In this document: positions 45,406-53,586 of the stretch, one piece after another
Layout of the letters: every line of letters starts with the position of its first letter
Position numbering within the stretch: position 1 is the stretch's first letter
Source of the DNA: Emcibacter sp.
Lineage (GTDB): Bacteria > Pseudomonadota > Alphaproteobacteria > Sphingomonadales > Emcibacteraceae
Direction of reading: 5' to 3'
Assembly: GCF_048269205.1 (NCBI RefSeq)
Contig: NZ_JBLXJC010000004.1
Span: forward strand, 62,638-126,637
Length of the DNA: 64,000 nt
The notes under the pieces: model-generated
Seen by the model: the letters and a program-made list of their open reading frames with translations, nothing else
What the model was told of the DNA's origin: nothing
The model's database searches: none
Program-made: the position numbers and the translations under genes

Positions 45406-47601
45406 ATGCCAACCATATCAACATCACTGACCAGAGCACTTATGCTCTCCACCTGTGTGGCGACCATGGCCATTTCAACAACCCCCGCCTTTGCGGCGGA
45501 GCAGGAGGCGGACAGCAGCTTCACACTGGAAGAAATCGTGGTGACTGCCCGCAAGCGGGCCGAAAGCCTTCAGGAAACCCCGATCGCCATTTCCGCCTTT
45601 TCCGCCGCCGCGCTGGAAGACCGTGGTGCGGGAAATATCAATGACGTGGCCAATTTCGTGCCCAACCTTCAATATTCTTCGTCTGCTGCCGGTACGGTCG
45701 GCGCCTCCTCCTTTGCTGTCCGCGGTATCGGGCAGAGCGACTTTATCACCACCACCGAGCCGGGTGTCGGTGTCTATCTTGACGGGGTTTATCTGGCCCG
45801 GGTGACCGGCGCCGCCCTTGATCTGGCTGATGTGGAGAGGGTCGAGGTTCTGCGCGGTCCCCAGGGAACCCTGTTCGGCCGTAACACCATCGGCGGGGCA
45901 GTCAGCGTCATTACCGCCAAGCCCACTGGCGAGCTGGGCGGCAAGGCCGAGGTCACCGTCGGTAACCACGCCCGTTTCAACGGACGTTTTTCTGCGGATT
46001 TCCCGATTGTGAACGATGTTCTGGCCGGCAAGGTGAGTTTACTGACCAAGAATAGTGACGGCTATGGTTATGACAACGACCCGGCTGGTGGTGCCGGCAA
46101 CCTTGGTGAAGAGGGCGATGTGGCGGGACGTCTGCAGCTTCTCTATACGCCGCAGGACAATCTATCCTTCCTGCTGTCCGGGGATCATACCCGCCGGCGC
46201 GGGACGATTATGCCGCTGGGCCGTGTAGGCTATGTGCAGAATGCCGCAAATGCGGCGTTTGATGACGGCGGTAGCAATTCCCTGGTCTCAAATGACGACC
46301 CCAATGCGGTGCGGTTTGATACTCCGGCAAAGGATGAAATGGATGTGTACGGCATTTCCCTGACGTCTGATATCGGCCTTGGCGATATGGACCTTAAGCT
46401 GATTACCGCCTATCGGGAGCAGTCCGGCCTTTCCGGACAGGATTTTGATGGTGGATCCTCGCCCATTCTCAACCAGTTGATTGACAGCGAGCAGGACCAG
46501 TTCAGCCAGGAAATCCAGCTGACCGGCACGGCCTTTGATGACCGGCTGGAATGGCTTGCCGGCGCATACTATTTCCGGGAAACCGGCCAGTTTGACCAGG
46601 ACGTTGTGCTGGGTGGCGCACCGGTTCTCATCTATACCGGCAGCACGACGGACTCTTATGCCCTGTTTGCTCAGGGGTCCTATAGCCTGACTGAAAAGCT
46701 GAGCGTGACCGCGGGTCTGCGCTGGACCAGCGAAAAGAAAGCCGTTGATGTGGATACGTTCTTCGGCCCCTTCCAGCTTGTGGATGAAGTCCGGGACGAG
46801 ACCTTCAGTGCGATCTCTCCCAAGGCCAGTATTGAATATCAGGCCACTGACGACATGATGGTCTATGCCTCTATCGGACGGGGTTTCCGCTCCGGCGGCT
46901 TTAACGGCCGCCCGTTCGCACCGTCCGATCTGTTTCCCTTTGATGAGGAAACAACCACGGCCTATGAAGTGGGGGTCAAGTCGGACTTTTTTGACCGCAG
47001 GCTGCGTCTTAACATTGCCGGTTTCTATACCGACTATAAGGACATCCAGCTGACCGCCACGACCCAGAATGACCTTGGGCAGTTCATCGTCCTGACGGCC
47101 AATGCTGGCAAGGCGGAAATTTACGGTATCGAGGTTGAGGTCCAGGCCATGCCGGTGGATGGTCTGTTTGTCTATGGCGGTCTTGGCTATGCGGATAACG
47201 GCAACCTTGATCCCCAGACCGGCTTCACCTTTGACACCAGCGCCGGCAAGAACTTGCCCGGGGCCTCGGAATGGACCCTTAGTGTTGGCGGTGATTATCG
47301 CTTCTCGGTCGCGGACGGATGGGCCGCCATGATCGGGGCCGATTATTCCTGGCGCAGCGAGTATGATCACCAGGCCAGTAACCAGTCAGAGACGGTCCGC
47401 GAAGACGGCTATGGCCTGCTTAATGCCCGCCTGTCCGTGGGCCCGGATGATGAAAGCTGGAAACTGACGTTCTACGGCAAGAACCTGACTGACGAGGTTT
47501 ACCGGGTTTACGGCCAGGACTCCATGTCTTCCCAGGGTGTCGCTGTGGCCTGGTTCGGCCCGACACGGGAGTATGGTGTCACGCTGGGTTTCAATTTCTA
47601 G
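45406..47601 (+). CDS. TonB-dependent receptor
   Basis: Signal peptide ...TTPAFAAEQ, plug region EEIVVTARKRAESLQETPIAISAF and a barrel ending ...YGVTLGFNF. ATG 45406 follows GGAGAGG. Confidence 0.9.
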   Translation: MPTISTSLTRALMLSTCVATMAISTTPAFAAEQEADSSFTLEEIVVTARKRAESLQETPIAISAFSAAALEDRGAGNINDVANFVPNLQYSSSAAGTVGASSFAVRGIGQSDFITTTEPGVGVYLDGVYLARVTGAALDLADVERVEVLRGPQGTLFGRNTIGGAVSVITAKPTGELGGKAEVTVGNHARFNGRFSADFPIVNDVLAGKVSLLTKNSDGYGYDNDPAGGAGNLGEEGDVAGRLQLLYTPQDNLSFLLSGDHTRRRGTIMPLGRVGYVQNAANAAFDDGGSNSLVSNDDPNAVRFDTPAKDEMDVYGISLTSDIGLGDMDLKLITAYREQSGLSGQDFDGGSSPILNQLIDSEQDQFSQEIQLTGTAFDDRLEWLAGAYYFRETGQFDQDVVLGGAPVLIYTGSTTDSYALFAQGSYSLTEKLSVTAGLRWTSEKKAVDVDTFFGPFQLVDEVRDETFSAISPKASIEYQATDDMMVYASIGRGFRSGGFNGRPFAPSDLFPFDEETTTAYEVGVKSDFFDRRLRLNIAGFYTDYKDIQLTATTQNDLGQFIVLTANAGKAEIYGIEVEVQAMPVDGLFVYGGLGYADNGNLDPQTGFTFDTSAGKNLPGASEWTLSVGGDYRFSVADGWAAMIGADYSWRSEYDHQASNQSETVREDGYGLLNARLSVGPDDESWKLTFYGKNLTDEVYRVYGQDSMSSQGVAVAWFGPTREYGVTLGFNF

Positions 47602-47644
47602 CCTTGTACCGTCCGACTTTCGGGTGAGAAGACAATAACCAATG

Positions 47645-47677
47645 TCTGAATGTGTAAAAATTTTTTACACATTCAGA
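47645..47677. repeat. Perfect 33-nt palindrome (16-nt arms, 1-nt centre): TCTGAATGTGTAAAAA-T-TTTTTACACATTCAGA
   Basis: Read directly from the sequence. It lies 44 nt after the TBDR stop and about 57 nt upstream of the -24 element at 47734. Confidence 0.9.
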
Positions 47678-47733
47678 TAAATCTTATGAAGGGCAAGGCC
47701 TAAATATGGCACTTTCCAAGGGGTTTTCCATTC

Positions 47734-47749
47734 TGGCATGGAAATTGCT
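47734..47749 (+). promoter_or_regulatory. Candidate sigma-54 (-24/-12) promoter TGGCAT-N5-TTGCT
   Basis: TGGCATGGAAATTGCT matches the TGGCAC-N5-TTGCW consensus at 10 of 11 defined positions. It lies about 95 nt upstream of the PEP-CTERM gene's ATG. Confidence 0.55.
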
Positions 47750-47842
47750 TAAGAGATTGAAAATGAACAGTAATGCACAATTGAACACCGGAAAACTCTA
47801 GTTGCCGGTACAAATATTGTAGACCCATGAAAGAGATAAGTT

Positions 47843-50170
47843 ATGTCATATTCAGAGTATAATATTCCGGCTGGAAAACGTGGAAATCTGTTAAAGAAGG
47901 CGAAAATCGGCCTGCTGATGCTTGGGACCGCAATGTCGACAATTGCCTTCACGGCACCGGCCATGGCCGATACCCTTGAGGTGGAACCGGGAGAAACTGA
48001 AACGATATTCTCTTCCTGGACAATCACGATTGATGGTTTAGGGTCCTATAACAAGGGCACCATCAATAATAGCGGGGTGTTGATCAATGATGGAAGGCTG
48101 GGAAATCACAACAAATTGAACACCCTTGCGACAGGGGAGTTTGTGAACAATCACATTTTTGTAAACATCCTCCGCGCAGAGCTGGTCAGCGAGGGCACCG
48201 TTACCAATAATGGCTTTATGAAAAACGAAGCCGAAGCCACGATAACGGTCAAAGGGAAGCTGATTAACAATGACGAATTGATTAATATCGGCCGGGCAAC
48301 CCTGCAGGTCGAAAACGGGGGAACTCTCACCAATAACGGAGAGATCACCAACTATAACGACATTGTAAATAAGGGCTCTTTCACAAACACCGGTAATCTG
48401 AGCAATGTGATCTTGTTCACCAATGATAATTACGTCACCAATACAGGCACCCTGACCAATGAAGAAGGCTCCATCCTGATAAATAACGGAACCGTAAACA
48501 ATTACGGAACCCTGGAAAACAAGGGAACCCTGTCAAATAGTGGAACCGTGTCAAATGGTGCGGGCGCCAACTTTATCAACGTGAATAGCCTGAGTGGCGG
48601 GACCTTGACCAATAAAGGGACAGTGACCAACAAGGGTACCCTGGCCAGCACCTATATGGACAATAAAGGGCTGTTGATCAACGAGGGTGCCTTGTCCACC
48701 AGGGTGGAAAATACAGGGCAGGTGATCAATAATGCCACTACTCACATCAAATATACTTTCAATAATGATGGCGTATTGACCAATAATGCCGGCCTGATCA
48801 TGGATACATCAGGCAAGTTGACCACCGAGCGTAACGGCAGTTTCGTCAACAACGGCACCATCAGCTTCGAGCAGGGCAGTATCTGGAACGAAGGGAGGAT
48901 GACCAACAACAGTGTCCTCAACATTACTAACACTGGATATGTGATCAACGACGGGGGCACATTCACCAACTCGGTTCTCGGCACCATTACCAACAATAAT
49001 CAACTTTACGTCAGAGGCGACAGAGGCGGCTTCACGAACTACGGACAAATCACCTCTACAAAGAGTTTAAGCGTTCAATCGCAAAAGCTGACCAACTACA
49101 ACAGCGTGATCAACGAGGCCGGTGGAACGCTGGGTACTGGTCCGAACGGCACATTTGAGAATGCTTACGGCGGGACCCTGACCAATCGTGGCACGATGAA
49201 CAACCTGGGTTCACTTGACAACTCGGGAACAGTGACCAATACAGGCACCGTCAAAAACTACGGCACTGTCAACAATTCCTGGGAATTGGTGAACAAAGGC
49301 GCCTTGAACAATGACGAAATTGTCAACAATAGCTCGACCCTCACCAACGAGGGCACCCTGAACAATAACGACAGATTAAACAATAACGGCTACCTCGATA
49401 ACAGGTTCGGGGCCACAGTGAATAACAATGGGACCCTGACCAACACATCGTTCCTGTTTAATTCCGGGACAGTGAACAACGCAGGTACGCTGGTGAATAA
49501 AGCCGGGGCAACATTGACCACTGTCAGGGAACTGACCAATAGCGGCACCCTGGTCAATGAAGTTTCCGGTGAGATCAATCTTCTGCAGGCCGGCAATGAT
49601 CTGGGCGGCACGGTCATCAATAACGGCACGATTACACGATCTGGCAAAACGCTCAATATCACGGGCGAGCTGTCCGGCTCCGGCACCGTTGTGGCCGACC
49701 TTGTGTCCATCAGCGGTACGCTGAATGCAGGCAACAGCCCGGGCCTCATGACCCTGGACTCCGATGTCAGCTGGCTGACCGGCTCCACCATTGTCATGGA
49801 AACCGAGGGCTATGATCGCGGAACAGGCTATGATGCCTATAACATCCTGGGTGACCTTGAAATCGAAACTGGGGTTACGCTGGACGTTGACCTGCTGGAC
49901 AGTTTTACCCTCAACAGCGGCGACTGGTTTGACCTGGCCTTTATCACCGGGTCCTACAGCGGGGTCTTCGATATTCTGCCGGATTTCTGGTCCATGTCAT
50001 TTGTGGAACTGGTGGGCAATCTTGACTATAGCTACGCCCTGCGCGTGACCTATGACGGTCAGCCGGACGCGGGTGATCCCAATGCAGTGCCGGAACCGGG
50101 CACCATCGGCCTGCTGCTTTTCGGTCTGGCCGGTCTCGGCTTTGCCGCCCGCCGCCGCGCAACAGCATAA
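47843..50170 (+). CDS. PEP-CTERM-anchored, Asn/Thr/Gly-rich repeat protein (predicted secreted beta-helical surface protein)
   Basis: 775 aa. Signal peptide ...AFTAPAMADT, then about 550 aa of degenerate 6-7-residue repeats (xGTLxN / NxGTVxN). The C-terminal VPEPGTIGLLLFGLAGLGFAARRRATA is a PEP motif + TM + Arg cluster. Confidence 0.85.
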   Translation: MSYSEYNIPAGKRGNLLKKAKIGLLMLGTAMSTIAFTAPAMADTLEVEPGETETIFSSWTITIDGLGSYNKGTINNSGVLINDGRLGNHNKLNTLATGEFVNNHIFVNILRAELVSEGTVTNNGFMKNEAEATITVKGKLINNDELINIGRATLQVENGGTLTNNGEITNYNDIVNKGSFTNTGNLSNVILFTNDNYVTNTGTLTNEEGSILINNGTVNNYGTLENKGTLSNSGTVSNGAGANFINVNSLSGGTLTNKGTVTNKGTLASTYMDNKGLLINEGALSTRVENTGQVINNATTHIKYTFNNDGVLTNNAGLIMDTSGKLTTERNGSFVNNGTISFEQGSIWNEGRMTNNSVLNITNTGYVINDGGTFTNSVLGTITNNNQLYVRGDRGGFTNYGQITSTKSLSVQSQKLTNYNSVINEAGGTLGTGPNGTFENAYGGTLTNRGTMNNLGSLDNSGTVTNTGTVKNYGTVNNSWELVNKGALNNDEIVNNSSTLTNEGTLNNNDRLNNNGYLDNRFGATVNNNGTLTNTSFLFNSGTVNNAGTLVNKAGATLTTVRELTNSGTLVNEVSGEINLLQAGNDLGGTVINNGTITRSGKTLNITGELSGSGTVVADLVSISGTLNAGNSPGLMTLDSDVSWLTGSTIVMETEGYDRGTGYDAYNILGDLEIETGVTLDVDLLDSFTLNSGDWFDLAFITGSYSGVFDILPDFWSMSFVELVGNLDYSYALRVTYDGQPDAGDPNAVPEPGTIGLLLFGLAGLGFAARRRATA

Positions 50171-50207
50171 AAAGTTCCTGACCCCGGAGGGTTAGCGCAT
50201 TTTCGAG

Positions 50208-50238
50208 AATACCCCGGCCATTGCCGGGGTATTTTTTT
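50208..50238 (+). terminator. Rho-independent terminator after the PEP-CTERM gene
   Basis: AATACCCCGGC-CATT-GCCGGGGTATT followed by TTTTT. Confidence 0.85.
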
Positions 50239-50307
50239 GCCAGAATGTAATATGCACCCATGATTTTTTGAGCTGAGTGTTCCTGCAGGAGTGGGATATG
50301 AGGGCCG

Positions 50308-51222
50308 TTATTTCAACTGGGCGTCCGGAAAATCCCGCGCGCAGCAGGCGGCAATATGATCAACAAACAGCCTGAGCCGCGTGGACAGATAATGGTTGGA
50401 CTGGAAGATGGCATAGAGGTTACGGGCTGGCCAGGATTCATATATCTCAAGCAGGGGGACCAGTTCTCCGTTTGAGATTTTATCACACAGGTAAAAGGCC
50501 GGTGTGATCAGGATACCGATGCCTTCGCAGGCGGCCTCAATCATCATTGCTGCATTATCTGCCTGGAATGAACTTTTGAGGCCAATCACGCTTTTCTGCC
50601 CGTCCGGTCCCTTATAGCTCCATTCATGGGCCCCCTTATTGCGGGTATAGGCCACCACATTGTGCCGGGCGAGATCTTCGGGCATTTGCGGGGTCCCATT
50701 TCTTTCCAGATATTCGGGGCTGGCACAGACCACCATCGGGCAGAAGGCGAGTTTGCGGGCGATGAGGCTTGAATCCTCCAGCACGCCGATCCGGATAACC
50801 ACATCATAATCTTCTTCGGCGATATTGATCAGCCGGTCATCAAAGGTCACATCCAGGATGACTTCCGGATAGTGCCGGGCGAATTGAGCAATCGGGCCCT
50901 TCAGGTAACTGTTGCCAAACGCCATTGGCACATTGATTTTCAAGCGGCCGTGCGGAGTGGTCTTGAGCTCATTGAGTTGTTCTTTCGCCTCCTGGATATC
51001 CTCAAGCGCCCGGGTAGCTCTTTCATAGAAAAGAGCGCCCTCCTCGGTCAGGGACACCCGGCGGGTGGTCCGGTTCAACAGTTTGGCTTTCAGTTCATGT
51101 TCAAGGTTCCGGACTTGCTTGGAGACAGCCGAGCTGGTGATGCCGAGGGTGCGGGCCGCCCCGGCGAAACTTTCCTGACGGGCCACTTCGATGAAAATGC
51201 CGATACGAGAGAGATGATCCAT
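50308..51222 (-). CDS. LysR-family transcriptional regulator
   Basis: N-terminal HTH FIEVARQESFAGAARTLGITSSAVSKQVRNLE. The start is taken at MDHLSRIG. It is divergent from azoR. Confidence 0.9.
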   Translation of the reverse strand: MDHLSRIGIFIEVARQESFAGAARTLGITSSAVSKQVRNLEHELKAKLLNRTTRRVSLTEEGALFYERATRALEDIQEAKEQLNELKTTPHGRLKINVPMAFGNSYLKGPIAQFARHYPEVILDVTFDDRLINIAEEDYDVVIRIGVLEDSSLIARKLAFCPMVVCASPEYLERNGTPQMPEDLARHNVVAYTRNKGAHEWSYKGPDGQKSVIGLKSSFQADNAAMMIEAACEGIGILITPAFYLCDKISNGELVPLLEIYESWPARNLYAIFQSNHYLSTRLRLFVDHIAACCARDFPDAQLK

Positions 51223-51360
51223 GGGGAAAATATATCTTATTATGAACCAAATGGAAGTAGTGACTTTCAAAAAAAGTATATTATCAAATATATGGCCGGA
51301 GAATATAGTCGGGACTTAATAATGAAACAGGTAGTTTTTACCCTCTTGGAAAAGGATTGA

Positions 51361-51939
51361 ATGATGAAGCTTCTGCATATTGATTCAAGTATAATGGGGG
51401 ATAAATCGGTCTCCCGTCAGCTGACCGCCGATATTGTCGACCGGCTGAAACAGGAAAATGGCGCCATTGACATTACTTATTACGATCTGGACAAGGAGCC
51501 CTTTGCCTTCCTGTCCAGCGCGGCCTTTGCGAATGAGGCCGAACAGGCCAAAGGCGAAAAGGCTGTGCATGAATTCCTGGCGGCAGATGTGGTGGTGATT
51601 GGTGCCCCCATGTATAATTTTTCTGTCCCGGCCCAGCTCAAGAGCTGGATCGACCGGGTCGCCGTTGCCGGCAAGACCTTCGAATATACGGAAAATGGTT
51701 CTCGGGGGCTGGCTGGCGGCAAACGTGTAATCGTGGCCTCTACCCGGGGCGGATATTATAATCAGGAAAGCGGCCTATCCGCCCTCGATCACCAGGAAAG
51801 TTACCTGAAAACCATTTTTGGATTTTTCGGGATCGATATTGTGGAATTTATTCGCGCTGAAGGCGTAGCTGTCAGTCCTGAAAATGCGGAAAAATCCATC
51901 GTGGCGGCAAAAGAGGATATTCGTAATCTCGCCGCATGA
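51361..51939 (+). CDS. azoR: FMN-dependent NADH-azoreductase
   Basis: 192 aa with MKLLHIDSS..., VIGAPMYNFSVPAQLKSWIDRV and the family-typical length. Confidence 0.85.
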   Translation: MMKLLHIDSSIMGDKSVSRQLTADIVDRLKQENGAIDITYYDLDKEPFAFLSSAAFANEAEQAKGEKAVHEFLAADVVVIGAPMYNFSVPAQLKSWIDRVAVAGKTFEYTENGSRGLAGGKRVIVASTRGGYYNQESGLSALDHQESYLKTIFGFFGIDIVEFIRAEGVAVSPENAEKSIVAAKEDIRNLAA

Positions 51940-51986
51940 TGAACCGGTCAGTTAAAACTGGCAGGGCAGATATCGCAACGAGTCAT

Positions 51987-52016
51987 AAAAAAGACCCGCA
52001 CATTCCTGTGCGGGTC
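51987..52016 (-). terminator. Rho-independent terminator of the porin gene
   Basis: GACCCGCACA-GGAA-TGTGCGGGTC followed by TTTTTTAT, as read on the minus strand. Confidence 0.8.
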
Positions 52017-52045
52017 ATAAAGTTGGGACTATTGGAAGCCGCTGC

Positions 52046-53413
52046 TTAGAAGGCGTATTTGGTTGAGAACTGTACGCGGCTCATGTTACCGGAAAGGCCG
52101 TTCTCAAGCTCGCGTTCTGCATACATATATTCGATACCCACATCCAGCTTCGGTACCGGGGAATAGATATAGTTGGCATGGATGCTCATGGAAGTATCCG
52201 TCACGCCAGTGCCGGTAAAGGCGACAGGATTATCCGCCTTGAAGTAACTGAAGGTGATGTTTGAACGGGATTTTTCGCCCCAGAAGTGGCGATAGGAAGC
52301 AAAGCCGCTGATGGTGCCGATGGTTTCCAGTTCACCGGTGGCATTGACTGCCGCACCGTTCACCAGATTTACACCGATATAGCGTCCAAGCCCTTCACCG
52401 GCGGTCACCATGAAGCGGAAGTCATCCTTGTCGGCAACCTTGAGTTTGCCGGACAGGGAAACCCCATAGCCCAGGGCGCTGTCATCATCGGGAACACCAA
52501 GTGTGCCTTGGTCAATGGACAGACTGCGCAGCATCCCGGCAAGGGCTACATGACCCCAGTCGGACTTCATGGTATAGCGGGCAATAACATCGGGAATGGT
52601 GTCGGTGCCGGGCAGAACCCGTGCGCCTGCGCTGCTGGTGACAGTGGTTTCCGGCTGCTCTATGGCGATTTCCAGGGGCCCGTTTTTATAGCGAACCATG
52701 GACTGACGCACGAAGACTGTACCCTCTGCCGGACCGATAAAGTCGAGGTTCTCGGCAAGGGCGGAGACATCCTGGAATGTGGACCAGCCCTGACCGAAGG
52801 TCCAGTTATCATAGGTGATCAAGGCCTGGCGCAGACGTGGAGAATAACCGTTGGTGGTGCGTTCATCACCACCGCTGGTGACCTGGAAATCCATTTCCAG
52901 CACGGTGCTCACGGTTGAATCACCGGCAGGTGTGCTGGTGGAAATCTTCAGACGTGTTTCCCGGGGGTTAAAATCGGTAACGGTTTGTCCGTCCCCTGTG
53001 GGCGAGACAGTGGTCAGGGACGGGATATAGAAGTCACGACCCAAATTGCCGCTGGCCGGTGCTCCGTCGGAATAATGGCTGACCATGGTGTCCAGCTTCA
53101 CATATCCGCCGATTTTGATATTGGTACTGCCGACCATGAAACCATCGGCCTGCTTGCCACCAGCGGCAGCCGGTGCGGAGCTGACCATTTTTTCCTGTTT
53201 CGTAATCCGTTTCGCCTGATTAACGATCTCGGTTTCCTGCTCAGTGAGCTTGCTACCCTGGTTATCCAGTTTCTGAAGAATTTTGTCCAGCGCCGACTCC
53301 AGCTTGTTCAGCCGGTCCTCAACGGTCTGGGCGTTTGCGGATAAGGCCGGTACAGTCACCAGCATGGTGCCTGACAACAATAGTACTCGTGTAAATTTAT
53401 TTATACCTGTCAT
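52046..53413 (-). CDS. DcaP-like outer-membrane porin (N-terminal coiled coil + beta-barrel)
   Basis: Signal peptide ...PALSANAQ and a coiled-coil segment (EDRLNKLESALDKILQKLDNQ...). The barrel has alternating strands and ends with FSTKYAF. The start is ATG 53413, after GGGAGGA. Confidence 0.65.
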   Translation of the reverse strand: MTGINKFTRVLLLSGTMLVTVPALSANAQTVEDRLNKLESALDKILQKLDNQGSKLTEQETEIVNQAKRITKQEKMVSSAPAAAGGKQADGFMVGSTNIKIGGYVKLDTMVSHYSDGAPASGNLGRDFYIPSLTTVSPTGDGQTVTDFNPRETRLKISTSTPAGDSTVSTVLEMDFQVTSGGDERTTNGYSPRLRQALITYDNWTFGQGWSTFQDVSALAENLDFIGPAEGTVFVRQSMVRYKNGPLEIAIEQPETTVTSSAGARVLPGTDTIPDVIARYTMKSDWGHVALAGMLRSLSIDQGTLGVPDDDSALGYGVSLSGKLKVADKDDFRFMVTAGEGLGRYIGVNLVNGAAVNATGELETIGTISGFASYRHFWGEKSRSNITFSYFKADNPVAFTGTGVTDTSMSIHANYIYSPVPKLDVGIEYMYAERELENGLSGNMSRVQFSTKYAF

Positions 53414-53586
53414 ATTAGATCCTCCCAAAGTCAGGTCGAGTTTCATTTGAGCAGAATCATAATCCTGTGCCCTTCGGGCTGTCTATGCGACCTCCGTCGT
53501 ACGACCTATGTCTTATGGCAAAAAAAAGGGGGCTGGGAGATATTTCAGCAAAGCCGAAACTAAGGAGAACAAAGAGGAGTCGCTTC

